64,000 nucleotides of DNA from Selaginella moellendorffii. Lineage: Eukaryota; Plantae; Lycopodiophyta. The notes under the pieces were generated by a model. That model saw nothing but the letters and a program-made list of their open reading frames with translations. It was not told the DNA's origin and did no database searches. Below, in pieces: positions 25,133 to 39,400 of the stretch. The translations under genes and the position numbers were made by a program. Location: NCBI RefSeq assembly GCF_000143415.4, contig NW_003314372.1:260785-324784 (forward strand), written 5' to 3'. Each line of letters opens with the position of its first letter. Within the stretch, counting starts at the first letter, position 1.

Positions 25133-26286
25133 ATGGAAGGCGCGGGGGAGGATGTTCCCGACAATGCGAATGAGCGTACGTAATTTCGATTGCTCTCCAA
25201 TCTCTGCTCATCGCTTTCGATTCGCAGACTGCCCGGGCACTGAATCGGAGGCGGCTGGAAAATCCGCGGCTTGTGCTGGATGCCCCAACCAGCAGGCGTG
25301 CGCCACCGGCCCCAAGGGCCCCGATCCAGGTAATCCATAGATAGATAGGTCAAGGACTGGCCTAATACTAACAAGCTGCTCCAGACCTTGTTGCGATCAG
25401 CCAGCGCATGAGCAGCGTCAAGCACGTAATCCTGGTGCTGTCGGGCAAAGGCGGCGTGGGCAAGAGCACGTTCGCGGCGCAGCTATCCTTCGCCCTGGCG
25501 GGGATGGACAAGCAAGTCGGGCTGCTGGACATCGACATATGCGGGCCGAGCATTCCAAAGATGCTGGGACTGGAGGGCCAGGAGATCCACCAGAGCAACC
25601 TGGGCTGGTCGCCGGTGTACGTGGAGGACAACCTGGGCGTCATGTCCATCGGCTTCATGCTCCCGGACCCCGACGAAGCCGTCATCTGGCGAGGCCCCAG
25701 GAAGAACGGCCTCATCAAGCAGTTCCTCAAGGACGTGTACTGGGCCGACTTGGACTTCCTCGTCGTGGACGCGCCCCCCGGGACGTCGGACGAGCACATC
25801 TCCATCGCCCAGTACCTCAAGGTGGCCAACGTTGCGGGGGCGATTGTGGTCACCACCCCACAGGAGGTGTCCATAATCGACGTGAGGAAGGAGATAAGCT
25901 TTTGCAAAAAGGTTGGCATCCCGGTGCTCGGGGTCGTGGAGAACATGAGCGGCTTGCAGCTCCCGGTCAGGGATCTCGTGTTTAGGAAGAGCAGCGACGA
26001 CGGGCAAGAAGACGAGGACGTGACCCGGGAGGTGATGCTCAAGCTCGAGACGCTCGCCCCGGAGCTGCTGTCAACTCTGGCCTGCGCCCAGGTGTTTTAC
26101 GTGAGTGGCGGTGGAGCGCAGGAGATGGCCAGGCAGATGCGGGTCCCGTTCTTGGGACGGGTACCTCTGGATCCACGGCTGAGCCGGGCGGCCGAGCAAG
26201 GGAAGTCGTGCTTCGAAGACTCTCCCTCTCCCAGCGGGCTTGCTCTCAAAGGGATCATCAAGCGGCTGCTCAAGGCTATCGGGTGA
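25133..26286 (+). CDS. NBP35: Cytosolic Fe-S cluster assembly factor NBP35 (P-loop NTPase)
   Basis: N-terminal CPG..S..AGK..AC.GCPNQ..C Fe-S motif, [47 protein letters not shown]; two short introns near the 5' end. Confidence 0.95.
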
Positions 26287-26566
26287 TCGAGCATCCACAA
26301 ATGCAGCAGGAGTAGCGCGTTGTAGATAGTGATCGACTACCAAGTCAGACTATGGCGTTAAATTCAATAAGCGTGTTGATGAAAGTGAGGTGGTCTCGTC
26401 CGGCTCCATGCCCAAGTCGGGGCACCTTTCTATTGATCTCGTTTATCTTCCACGTCAGCTGCTGCAACTGCCACAGGGGGTGTCATGGACAGCGAGAGGG
26501 AGCGGGAACGAAATCCTGATGGCTCTCGTTGAAAAAGAATAAAGAATTTTCTTGAATGCCCACTAG

Positions 26567-27181
26567 CTAGTCATCTCTAGACGAAGAAGGGTCATCACTA
26601 GCGCCGGTGACAAAGGCGGTGAGTTTGCGCTTCCACGGCGCGTTGTTCTGGTGCTTGAACCACGAGAGGAAGGCGCTGTCCAGCAGGCAGAAGAAATTCA
26701 CGTAGAGCAGCTGGTGCTGGACAGGCACGAAGCGGAAATTCACCACCTGGACCACGGGCCACACCGCTCCTTCGGTCAGAAACGCGGGGATAAAGTCTCG
26801 TCCCAGCTCCTGCCTCACAACCTCCCACCTCTTGCCCGCCGCCAGCCCCGAATACGTGAAAAACGCCACAAGATGGATCGGCCCAAAGATGAGCGCGTCC
26901 GCCGCCAGCTTTGTCGCTAGGAATCTCAGCGATTTGGGCCTCAGTCGCAGCTTGTTGTGGACGAGATGCTCCAGCCCCTCATACCTGCACAAGGAAAAAG
27001 ATGGGAAAGCCAATACAGCCATAGCCGAGCTCCAGACGAACCAGAAATGACCCACTGGACCGACGAATCCCACTCCGAACATGCTCGAAATTCCCACCCG
27101 CTTCCAATTCAATCCATCCTTGTCCTTGCCCGGCCCCGGCTCCACCTGTGGATCGATTGCGATAATTGTGAATGCCTGCTC

Positions 27182-27235
<54 letters not shown>

Positions 27236-27444
27236 GCATTTACGCTGGGCAAACCATGGGGAAGCGGCGGAGGCGAGATGACCGATTTGTGCTGCCGCTT
27301 CTCCACGCTGGCGCTCACGCTCTGCGCCACCATGTCGCCCACAGCCCACAAGATGCCCGACGTTACGATCTGGGTGCGCACGGGCTTGGCCGCCAGTTGA
27401 CCCTGGTACCACGACCACGCACTCCTCATCTTGATGGCGCCCAT
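26567..27444 (-). CDS. Mpv17/PMP22 (SYM1-like) membrane protein, multi-exon
   Basis: WYQGQLAAKPVRTQIVTSGILWAVGDMVAQ, FVGPVGHFW/YEGL, WPVVQVVNFRFVPVQHQLLYVN. Confidence 0.92.
27182..27233. repeat. Compound (TG)n(AG)n microsatellite in the first Mpv17 intron
   Basis: Direct read. Confidence 0.9.
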
Positions 27445-29586
27445 CTTCTCCCCCTGGCGCCCTAGAAAACCATCACGCAAACAGAACAGAGCACCCTAAT
27501 TCCCCCGTGTTTTAAAGCAGTCGATCGATCAATTCCAGAGAAACAAGATCTCGAGTGAGGTATTGGCCTGCTGGACGGCGAAGCGTTGCGCGGGCACTAG
27601 AGCTCGTCGCCGGCCAGCAGGCCAACACCTGCCTCAAAATCTTATGGGACAAGGAGGAGAATTCACACGCCAATTCCTTGACAAGAATTCAGCTCGCAAG
27701 GGGCGAGAAAGAGGCGAGAAGAAAAAAACGAGCAATCTGTGGCAAGAATGTGGAGTGGAGCCCTAAAAAAGGCCCCTCTATGCCGTGCCCCATGCTCCAT
27801 CACACATTGGATCAAACAAAATATCGGCAAGAGTAAGAGTTTGTTGCTCTTTGGTGGTTTCATAATTCACTGCGTGCCCACAAGCAATCATTCGCTTTAT
27901 ATTCCAAACCAAGCTCATAAACTTGGCCCAATTCAACCTGACTGACGGCGGGAGAGAGAATATTTCCGGGCCAGAGAATATACCGGCAAATGATGCCCGT
28001 CAGGGAATCATTAGATTCCCTGCCCACTGTTTGCAGGGGCCTGATCTCCCGCTGGAACTCAAAACAAACAAACAGCCCTTGCGTTGCGTCGCTGTGTCAT
28101 CAACTTTAAAGAAAGGAATCGCGCTGCCATCATTCTCGAAAGCCAGCGGCAGCACCAAATTTCTTATTCTTTGTTTTTTTTCCAACCTTCTCCTCCTCCT
28201 CTCTTTCTTTCCTTGTCAAGTGGATGTACCCGCTGAGAGAGACAACGCACTGTGAAACAAGGGTATCACGAAAAGCTTGCCTTGTTTGATTGATCTTCCT
28301 TTTCGCTCGCACCGCATTTCTGGCTTGGCGTCGTGCTAAGGGAAGAACGAGACGCGGTCAACGTAGCGTGCTGGTTACAATGACCCTCCCTGTTCATCAT
28401 GAGTCATGAGACTGAGTGCGCCCTGGCATTTAACAGCAACCATTTAAATCTCCCCCGGGTTTATAAAACTCTTACACAATTCCTGGGAGGGTTCAGCAAC
28501 AGCAACAGCCAGCAGCAACAGAGAGCTGTAAGGGAATATGGAATCATGGATTAAACAAAGACAAGCTGTCTTGACTTGCCAGCAGACTAAACAGGGCTGG
28601 TCGGGATCGGAACCGGAAAAGAAAATAGACCCCATCTGTTTTGTGATGGATGCAAAAATCCAAATACATTGGTGCACGCTCTGATGTAATATGGCCAGCA
28701 GTAGCTTTCGTTAAGTCGTCCTGCATGGCGTCGGGCCTCTCTCACTGACTCTGTCTCAGACTCAGATCAAGTAAATGTAACCAAAACTCAGAGGACTCGA
28801 CAACCAAGAAAGAATGCCCTCTCCCTCACCTGCATGTGAATGCAAAGCCAGTTGGTGCAAACTTTATCTCAGCTCGGCATCTTGCCTCTTTTCCCCTTTC
28901 TGCTAGTCACATCATCATTCCCAAAAGAAAAGTCGATCTTGATTCAAACTCGACTTCCAAACTCGTTTACCCTAAACCGAGAGTTAACTTTGATTCGATG
29001 TCACCTTGACAAAATTGAGTAGGGCGTTAAGCCCGGGTGAGGCTCACCACAAGTGGTCAAGCCTCTCACCTCTGTATTGACCTCGAGTCGAATCACTCCG
29101 GTTCACTCCAAGATCCACCCTCAGTCCCCCTAAAACCCCTAATCACCCGCCCGTACTTGCCAAGAAGTCCTCCCTGATGCGCCTGTTGACCCCCCTTCCA
29201 ACTACCCGGTTCCCTGCCACATCAACACCTGTGTGTCTTGCCTCACTTTGCAATACATAATCAGTATTGGCCGCTACAGCTGCAGCGGTTCTCCCTTCTG
29301 TTGAAGCAAAGGTGCCTTTAGTTGGTGTTCTCCTCATGCAGTCGGATTGAAGTTGAGTGTTGTATGTCACATTTCTGAGGCTAACACCTCCCTTACCTGT
29401 TTTGGCTTCGAGACATACACCCAATGGCCTTTCTCATCTTGGCCACCTTGACCATTCTCATCTTGGTCAATGATATTCTGCCATGACCTTTCTGATCTTG
29501 GTCACTGGCATTCTGTCCTGACCTTTCTCATATTGGTCAGTGACATGCTGACTGTTCTCATATTGGTGAGTACACATGGGAATCTC

Positions 29587-29782
29587 ATATTTTTTATTGT
29601 GTATAGTATATACCATCTTTGTACAACATAATTATGTTTAATTTTAATAATATAGTATCAAATCAATCAAATACTCTTTTGTTCTATAGAACGAAACAAA
29701 GAGAACTTGATTGATTCAATACTACATTATTAAAATTAAACATAATTTTAAGATGGTATACAGTAGACACAATAAAAAATAT
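29587..29782. repeat. AT-rich long inverted repeat (MITE-like foldback)
   Basis: Arms ATATTTTTTATTGTGT..AATTATGTTTAATTTTAATAAT..AATCAATCAA pair with TTGATTGATT..ATTATTAAAATTAAACATAATT..ACACAATAAAAAATAT. Confidence 0.75.
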
Positions 29783-31903
29783 ACTATAAGGTTAAAAGTA
29801 AATAAATTAATGATTATAGAAAATGATATATTTCATAACTTAAAATAGAAGAGTTGAATAGTTCTAACTATTTTATCTTGTAAATTAGTTATACTTTTAT
29901 CAATAATATTATGATACTTATTACACATACATCAATGAATCTAATCTCATTGAGTTGTTGGTTAGCTCAAATATAGTCTAAGATTTGTGCAATATTATAA
30001 AGTTATAATACTGTTTTTAAGATTAATAATTTGTGTATTGAGACATGGAAAACAGACAACATTAGACACAATACAAAAGGCTACCATCTAAAAAAATGTG
30101 ATTCATCATCACAAAAGCTTTTATTATGGTTTGAGAAAAAAAAAAGATTATGTATCATCAATACCCAAATACCAGAGTAAAACCTTACCTTTCATTAAAA
30201 TATTTTAGCCTCAATAATATTTTTATGAAGCTTGCAAAGATCTCGTCATGTTGGAGAGGGGGAGAGAGAGAGAGAGAGAGTGCTACACCTTGCAGCTCAT
30301 AATTTACCCGATCCCCCTAAAGAACATCAATTGATTTGGAGTGTCATTAAAATCTGTTTCCACACTTTTGGCATGCTCTTTATTTGAAGTTTTTAAATTT
30401 TATCAAAAGTATATTCCTAGATAATATTCTAAAAAAGGAATATGTGATGCTTAGGTGAATTGTAATTGTAATTTTTAATATAATCATAATTATATAAAAT
30501 AACATAACATTATATCACATTTAAAACTCTGATTGTTGAGTGAAGTTTTGGATCTTCTATAAATGGACTCATTCACATGGCCAAATGAGTCATTTAGAAA
30601 TAAAGGTTTGGTAACAAATTTTTTCTTTTATTTGAAATCTCTATATAATTGATAAAAAAATATTATTACTCGATGATTCATTCAACTCTATAATTTTCCC
30701 TCAAGTAAGTGTTACTTAAGTACACTAAAATATAATTATGTCAAAAAATATAGATTTAAAACTCACTTAAACTATACATCTTGTAAATTTAAAAACATAA
30801 ACATTGTTATGGAGTTTAAGTTCTTATCTTTTCAAACAGAAAGTTTTGGAATTGCATGATACTAAGTGAACGAAATTACCTTTATGTGTTATATTTTATT
30901 CTAAGAACTTTAAATATTTGCATATTTATCTTAGATATTCCCTTTGTGCCTAAAATTTATATTCATGTATTTTGAGAGTAATTTTAAAAATTATAAGTAT
31001 TCTATTATATATCATAAACATTATTTCTGTATATGTTTTTATATAGAGAGAATTCTAATCTGAAATAACATTAATGTTTTCTATATTCATGTACTTATAT
31101 TTAAAATTAAGGCTTTATATCAATGTTATGAATGCTGAAATTTTATAATGATAAATGAATGGTAAGGTTTTACTCTTTATTGGGCTAGAGTAGGGTTTAA
31201 GGATATATAATATTTTTCTTTATGCTAGAAATATAATATATCTGAAAATTCACGAAATGTATAAATTTAAATTTCAATTGATGATAAATCAAATTTCTTT
31301 ATATGATCCATGTACTCATGTTGTCTTGATCATATTTATAAATTATTGTGTTTTTCATGTATAAATGCAATGTAAGATAAAGTGTTAGAAAATTTATGAT
31401 ATTACATAAATCTTAGACTATATCTTAGCCAATTGACAACTCAATGTGCTTAATTTCATAAATTATTGTATTAATAATTAATATAGAATTAATGATAAAA
31501 ACAAAAATATTTTACATAAGAAATAGCTACAACTATTTAGTCCTCTAGTTTAAGCTAGAATATATAATATTTTTTAGATACTATTTTCTTTCTATTCTAC
31601 ATTAAAATAATTTTATGTCTTTTTGCATTATATTTAGTATTTTTAAAATTTAATTTTAATAAATTCTTTGTAAGTATATTGTATCTTTTTATATTTTTAT
31701 AATTTATTTTATCTTTTTGCATATTTGTATTCGACATCCTCTCCCTTCATAATATTTATATTCATACTTCTTAAGAGTACTATTTAAAAGTTAAAGTATT
31801 GTATTATATATCATTAACATGCTTTCTGGATATCTTTTTAATCTAGCTAATATGAATTAAGAATATTATCTCTATGTTTTATTTATTTTTATTTAAATTT
31901 ACA

Positions 31904-32862
31904 GCATGTAGGCTTCTGAGAACACCATTTTCTGAACATTTCTGAATGGCAAACTGGATGCTGCAAGCGTATCCATGGCAGGAGCTATTGCTATAGAAGT
32001 TGGGATGAGACCACTGAACCATTAGAACCAGCAACAGATCAAGCATTAACTGAAAGTGCAGTTACTCTTGAGCAAAGACACAAGCTTGAGCGTCAGGTAA
32101 TCTCTATCCTTGATTCATTGTAAATTAGCACCAGTGCTATCAATTTCTTCTGTAACTTTTCCACCTTATACACCATGAAGAACTGGGCATTCTATTACAA
32201 GCTTTTTACACTATGCAGAAAGGAATCAACCAGAAGCCTCGCAAGGGTATTGATTTCCTTGCAAACCCCAAGAAAGTGGAGAAAGTTCGTAAAGAAGTTC
32301 CCAAATTCCTTTTGAGTACCACAGGTCTCAACAAAGGCATGACCGGGGATTACCTTGGTGAAAAAGAGGAGTTTTCATTAAAAGTCATGCATCCCTATGT
32401 TGACTCCTTCAAGTTTCATAATATGGAGTTTGACGAGTCGATATGAACATATTCAGGCTCCCTAGAGAGGCTCAGAAAATGGACTGACAGGATAATGGAA
32501 ACATTTGCAGAGCAATATTGCATCTGTAATTCACGAGTGCTTATGTTCTGGCATATTCTTTAATTATGCTTAACACTAATGCGCACAACGTGATGGTGAA
32601 AGTAAGGTGAGGAAATGCTTCCACTGTCATTCCAAGATCTCTCATTTGCTATTACAGATGTCTAAAGCTTCAATTATATAAAATAATAGTGGCATTGACG
32701 ATGGAAGGATCTTCCTGAAGAGTTTATGGGAGGACTATACGTGCAAAAAGAAATTAAAATGAAAGAGGATAATGTTATTCCGTCACCAAACCAGCTGGGA
32801 TGGACAATAATTTTCCTGCTTGGATTGACAACATTCTGAACATAGTTATCCGAAAGCCCAAC
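31904..32862 (+). pseudogene. Intron-containing fragment of a BIG-type Sec7 ARF-GEF gene
   Basis: NQKPRKGIDFL, GLNKGMTGDYLGEKEEFSLKVMH.YVDSF, FRLP.EAQK, AYVLAYSLIMLNT.AHN, NSGIDDGKDLPEEF; stops and frameshifts; no 5' or 3' end. Confidence 0.85.
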
Positions 32863-34440
32863 AGTGTGCAGCTGCCACGCCAGAATATCCTTAAGGATTT
32901 CTCCCCAAAGTTCACACTGGAGACAACGCAATGTCTCTGAGCATTCCTTAAGGCCCTGTGTGGGGGTAAGATCGTCTCGTCCCAGAATGTCCCCCACCGC
33001 ACGTTCACCGCACGTTCAGCGCCTCTATCAAGTATCGTATGTTTAGAGATGGCTTGCGGCTCCCCCCCACCCCTCAGGCTGGAGTCTAATGGTGCAGAGA
33101 ACATGTTCCGAGAGAGAGGAGAAGCGGGGCCACGTCTGCAGCTCTCCTCCGTCCCTGTGTATGAGCTCCGTTGCATCTCTATCAAGGCAGTCAAGCGAGT
33201 CCCTTCGTGTGTAAAGGGTGGCCACGCCCTCCACGTGTTGCAGGTCGATGACTCCAAGGTGGTGCACCAACGCTTCCCAAATCGCACATTCTTGGGCTCG
33301 CATGTGCTCGAGACTGTCCCGGAGATCTTCTTGGTGTTCCACCACATTAAACTCACTGAGCATCACCCATACATCGAGGTTCTTATCCAGGGAGTGTTGG
33401 AGGGTCTCCCAGAGGACCGTTCTCCCCTTCCTCTTGTTTGGAGACTAAATGTTGATGAAGTCAACCCGTCCATAGTGGAGTCGCATGACCAGGAGCTGTG
33501 CTCTCACTCGGCCAACCATGGTCTGCACCACTTCATTCCAACAAACTTTCCCTCACATCTCTAGGCCATGTACCAGGACTACGTCCATCTTGTGTTCCTG
33601 GATGGCCAAGATGTTAATGCGTCCCTGGAGGCTGAGCTCCACAAGATAGCCCTGAGTTTTATCCTTTTGTTGACTCAATCACTGCTGAGGCCACGGCAGT
33701 TCTACAACAGCAGTGTAGTCATGACGAAATTTACTTCCAGGCGAACATGGTGATTCACTATTGGCATCGATTTGGTAGTGACAGCCATTGTCTTCCCTCG
33801 AAGCTTTGCCCAGGAGAAGCCCCTGATTTCCAAATCCAAGAGCCCCGTCCATTCTTCAATTGCCTTCTCCATGTGAGTCTGGTAATTCCCATTAATGATT
33901 ATCTCGGGATGTATTCCACCTGTACACTAGCCAATCACCCTCATCTGTGGCTCCTACCAGAATCCATCTGATGGCCATATGAACCACCCTCAGGAGGACA
34001 GGCTGAAAACCATCTTGCTCTAGTTCCAAAGGAGATTCGAACAAAGGTTGGTTGCCTGTGCTGGGTACCAGAGCCGCTATTGGAGTGGAGTGGAGCTTCA
34101 ATTGGATCTTTACCCTTCACCCATTCCACATTGGCTCTAGATGAGTTTTCATGGCCTCACAGCTGGACTCAATGTGTCCCACCACCTTACAGTAGTTGCA
34201 GTGAGGCACTGTGTCTTCTTGCAACTGTGCTGCCTGAGCATAGCAATCTCTGAAGGGACCACCAGTCCATAAAAACCTTGAGGTCGAGCACCCTTTCCTC
34301 CTGGACTGTTATGATACAATGCAAAAAGACAGAGATCTGGTCTTCCTAGACTACACTATGCCTCATCTTTAGGTTCCTCACCACCTAACAACCCCCAAGC
34401 TACCTCAAAAGCTCCACTGTGCCACTGCTCCAGCCCTAGG
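32863..34440 (-). mobile_element. Decayed LINE fragment (end of ORF1 and APE endonuclease)
   Basis: Degenerate GDFN-like EFNVVEHQED, YT...LDR and SEH motifs in ORF 33043-33366; boundaries approximate. Confidence 0.6.
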
Positions 34441-34669
34441 GTAGGTTAAGTCCCCTACCCTAACATGCCTTAATATACCCTTGAGCCTCTTTTTGACCAA
34501 TGTTGACTATGTGGTCAAAGTTGGTGCCTAACAATTTTTCCCCCCCAACAAGTCTTTGTCCTAAGGATGAGTTGTACCGGTGATCACCCTTTCTGGGGAA
34601 CCCTACTCAAGCTCCTAGTCCATCTTCCATAGCTGTATACATCAAGGAGGCATTGGGCCTGTCACTCCG

Positions 34670-36415
34670 AGATAGTACATCTTTCAATTGGCTAACATAA
34701 AATACCAAATGAATTTTCACCCTAGCTGGCAACTATACTTGATAAGCCACTTTACCAATGCACTCTCAGCACTTCATATAGACTAGTATATTAATGGGAA
34801 AGTTTATCACTCTTCCATATCTGTAAAGGCACCAAGGTGTTTCACTGTGCACTTGACGGAAAGATCACTCACACGAAAACAAGATCACCCTTATATTCTC
34901 AGAATTTGCAATGCTCGTTAGTAAACTTCTCCGCTTTATCTTGAGCTACCTACAAATTCCATTTGTACACCACTAGAATCTCATCAAGTTTTATGGCTAA
35001 ATTAGTCGCCTCTAAATTAATCTTGTTTTGAACATCTTTACTCAAATGCAATTCTAACTCCACTGCTGTTTGGGGATGCTTTACAAGCATGGCAAAGTAA
35101 AGACTTAGCTTGGTTCCATTGTGTTGGCTATTGTTGTAAGCAAATTGCACCAGTTGAAGATATAAATCCCACTGTCCTTGCCTTTGACCAATGCTACAAC
35201 ATAGTATATCCTCTACCACTTGATTCACACGCTCGGTTTGCCCATTTGTTTGAGGATAATCTCCACTTGAGAGTTTTAAAGTCACTTGTATAGTCTTTGC
35301 AAAGCTCTTCCAAAATCTACTTGTGAACTTTAAATCTCGATCACTAATGATGTCCTCCAGCAAACCAAAATCAGGAAAAACCTTCTCCAAATAGATTGCA
35401 GCCAAGTCTGAGGCAATGATAATCTTCCAAAGAGGCAATAACTACACATACTTTGTCAATTGATCCACTATGACCCATATTTGCTCTTTTTGTCTCTGTG
35501 TTCATGGTAAATAAGTGATGAAGCCCATAGAAATACTACACCAATGAATCTGAGGAATAGGTAAAGGTTGCAAAAGTCCCCTTAGCTTCTCCCGTGGCAC
35601 TTTAACCCACTAATAGAGCTCGCATGATTATATCAGGTTTCATATTCCTCTAATAAAAGTTGCACTTAATCAATGCATATGTCTTCTTTCCCCCAAAATG
35701 ACCAACCTTTGAACGATCATGATAGTGGAATAAAACTTAAGTAATTAACACATCCACCATAGCAAATATACATGACCATTGTAATAGAGAATCCCATCCA
35801 CCAATAAGAAAGGGGCTTACATCTGGTTGCACAAAGAGGCCACCTCAGCATCCTAAGCTTGAGTATGCTCAACCAACTGCCTAAACTCGTTGACCATCTT
35901 ACTCAAATGATGACAAAACCATGTTTGTAATGCCATCATATAACGAACACGGGATGAAGCATCTGCCACCACACTTGATTTTCCCAGACGATACTCAATA
36001 GAAAACTCCCCAGTGTCCATGAGTTTGACTATCCAATAAGATTGCCTAGTGTTCAACTCCTTCTATGTGAAAAGATATATAAGTGGTTTGTGATCCATCA
36101 ACACCACGAACACTGCACCATAAAGATAGTGCCACCAAAACCGTAAAGCATGAACAATAGAGTGTAACTCTTGCTCATATGTGGAATAGCATTGTTCTGC
36201 AAGATTCAAAGTTCAACTCTCATATACAATAAGCTCTCTCTCTTGCATGAGAACTCCTTCTAGTGTATAACCACTCGCATCACATGTCACCTTATAAGGT
36301 TTTAATGGATCAGCAATGCAAAGCATTGGAACCTTGTTCAACAATCACTTCAGCACCACAAAATTCTCCTCTTGTGGCTTGTTTCATTGAAATGGCACAT
36401 TCTTGCATAACAATT
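34670..36415 (-). mobile_element. Decayed Ty3/gypsy pol fragment (RNase H and integrase)
   Basis: CDAS, YSTYEQELHSIVHAL..W.HYLYG, DHKPL, VVADASSR, IISDRDLKFTSRFW, YPQTNGQTERVNQ, FAYNNS. Confidence 0.88.
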
Positions 36416-36417
36416 GT

Positions 36418-39400
36418 TGTTAAGGTGTGGCTATTGTGTGTGAGAGAGAGAGAGAGAGAGAGGGAGGGAATATCCTCAAAATATTCCCCATTTTCCTTGT
36501 ATAAAACCCTTGCCTCAGAAGGGCAAGGGGTGGGGGAGGGGGGGAGGGGGGGTGCATTTCTCGTGTTTGAGTGAGCATTGGGGGAGGTGCCCCTCCTTCC
36601 CCCAACAAATGGTGAACCAGCATGATGTGCAACACTTTTTGAAGTATCATTTCTCTCTTTTTCTTTTGGCTGCAGACTTTGGGAAGGAATTCCTTGTTCG
36701 TCTTGAGGCGGTTTTGTTTGATCTTGGGCGTGTTGGATAGGTCTAGAGCTCCTCTTTCCAGCAAGGTATGGCGCTCATCAAGCTGTGTGGTATTTGAAGA
36801 GATACAACATTTTTTGGCTCAGTTGGATTAACATTTTGGGGTTTTCACTTTCTCCCCTGGATCATCGGCCTAATTTCTCAAAGTAGTGCATTTGGGTTTG
36901 TAGATCTGGCCTAGATCTACGAGTAGTGGTGATTCTTGGTGCTAGATTTGGCCAAATTGGTGGCATGCAAAAGGATTTTTTTCTCCGCTAGATTGGGTCA
37001 TCTTTGTAGTAGGAATTCGTGCTCCTCTAGGCTTTGTTTTGCCGTTTGTTTCTAGAGGTGATTTTGGTCTTAGGCTTTCTGAAAAGACCAATGGCGCCTC
37101 AGTATCAATCTACATCAGTGACATACCACAATATTGGCATTCTGGGCTACCTCTTCATGGATTTTAGGGAATATTGAGGTGGCTTCTTCCCAAATTCCTA
37201 CAATAGAGGGTAGACGGGGCTGAGCTCTTTCCAACGAGCCCACCAACAGTCAAAATGGGGAAGGATCGAGACTAGAGGACTCATTTATCTCTTTTGGGCT
37301 AAACTTTGTTAGAGGTTCCTTGGGAACAAAGCAATCTTCAAGGAATAGGTAGGCGTAGGAACAAGAACAGAGGGAGCAAGAACAAGGGTTGGTATAGGAA
37401 CAAGGAGGAACAGGTAGACTTGGTGTTGGAGTAGGTGCAGCAGTTGGAGTGAGAGTAGGGGTTACCAATTACAGGTTGTGGGTCCTCGGTTATTGGTTAC
37501 CGGTTACCAGTTACTCTAGCGGCTACTCCGGCAGTTACCTTATGGGTCAATGGTTATGTGTGCTTGAGGCCTACATCTCCTTCCATTTCGACCCTTATTT
37601 CTTTTCATCACAAGCAGTTTGGGCAACTTGAGCACTAGCCTATAGTCTTCTTGCTCCTGTCAACCCAGTTGCCTTGATTGGGCATTTGCAGTGTTTAGGG
37701 TATTTGATGTTAGTACAAACTCAACGTACAACAAATTGGTGCCCTTTTACCATACCTCAAGGCCCTAAGGTATGGAGTAAACTCTCTAACATCCAAAGGC
37801 AGCTTAGGTACGACACTGCACCTTCTCGGGTCGAGTCCTCTTCATCCTCAGCAGATTCCAGTGACTTAGATCTATGAGCTATGGCATAGCCACCTTTAGC
37901 TCGACCTCAACTCCATGTTCTGCAGAGGGGGAGTGATCTACTGACATTCTTAGGTGTTGGAATAGTCTCTCCAACATCGCATATCAATTGCTTTTATTAC
38001 TACTACACCACAAACATGATCATTGATGATGATCGTATGTGCCGCGACTTCTTGTAGTCTCTTGAAGGCAAAGCAGCAATTTGGGTAAAGTCTCTCCTCC
38101 CAGAGGACCGGACAGACTTCTAGACACTACTTGCTTCTTTCAAAGAATGCTCCGTTGAAGAAAAACTCACAAATTGGCTACTTGTCTACCTCTTTTCTTT
38201 TCGGCAGGATGCTCACGAGTCTGTTCCTGACTACATCACTCGGTTTCAAGCATATTGGAAGCAGTGTTGGGATTGCAGAGTGGTCCAAGATGAGCAACAG
38301 GGAATCACGGCATTCACAGCGGGTCTACATGGGAACTTGCAGCGGAAACTTCTTAAGAAGACATTCAGGTCTTGCCACGAGGCATTTCATTTGCCACGAA
38401 GCTAGAAAGAGAGCTTCTTGTTGACTTGGGGATTGCTAGAGTTGATTTTGACCAAGCCATCACCCCGTCAGAGTCACCTTGTGCAGCTGTTCGCCTATCA
38501 ACAAAAAAGCCCATCACTTTTGAGCATACACCTCTGGCTATTGAGAACTTTGCCAATGAGATATAGCAGCTGAAGGAGATCATTTTTCAGCAACAATCAC
38601 ACCAAGACAAACTGCTCCAGGAGCTGGTGGAGTCTAGGAAAGAGGCCACTACAGCTCGGGAATGCAGATTTATGTCTTGTTGGTGCACTCACTGCGAGAC
38701 GAACACACACAACATGCAGTGCTACTTCAAGCTTCACCCAAAGCTTCGGTCTCCATCTTCTCAATGTGTCCAACAATATCCCTTCATTGATAACTCCACA
38801 TCGTCTCGAGGTTCAGAGACATATTAGGAGCAGCTGGAGCGACAAACGATTGAGGCAGCCCCTTCATCTAGCAAAAGCAAGGCACCAGCCTCATTGGTCA
38901 ACATGATTTTGGTAGCCGAGGAACTCTGTAGGCAACAGTAGCAAACCGCAGCCACTCGAGCCCAAGCGAAGAAGAAGGCACCCGCTCAACTTGCCACAGA
39001 TCCCCCGGCGCCAGTTGAGAGTGAATCTCTTTCGGCACCAAATCCAGTGACACAGAGGGTGGCTTATAAGCTCCCCTTCAAGTCACTACTCTCTTCTCCT
39101 CCTAAGATCTCACCAATAGCTATTCCTATTCTGGAGTTGGTTCTTCAACAGCTGGTTGACACTCCCGTCACCTTTTCGCTCCAAGACATGTTGTGTCTTG
39201 TCCCGGGATTCGGCCAGTGTTTAGAGGAGTTTGCACGGTTAGGAACACCAGAGAGCACTCTCAATAGGACTCCTCAAGAGGTGCACATTGTCAATATGAC
39301 AAGATATGGTGGAGATCCTAGTCTATTATTCATCCCGGTGTAGATTGGTATTTCCTCTTGTAAGATGGATGCTTTGGTTGACTCTGGTTTTAGAAGCAAC

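Noticed and set aside
27555-29424. Short ORFs upstream of the Mpv17 gene
   Set aside because: No recognisable domain or consistent exon structure
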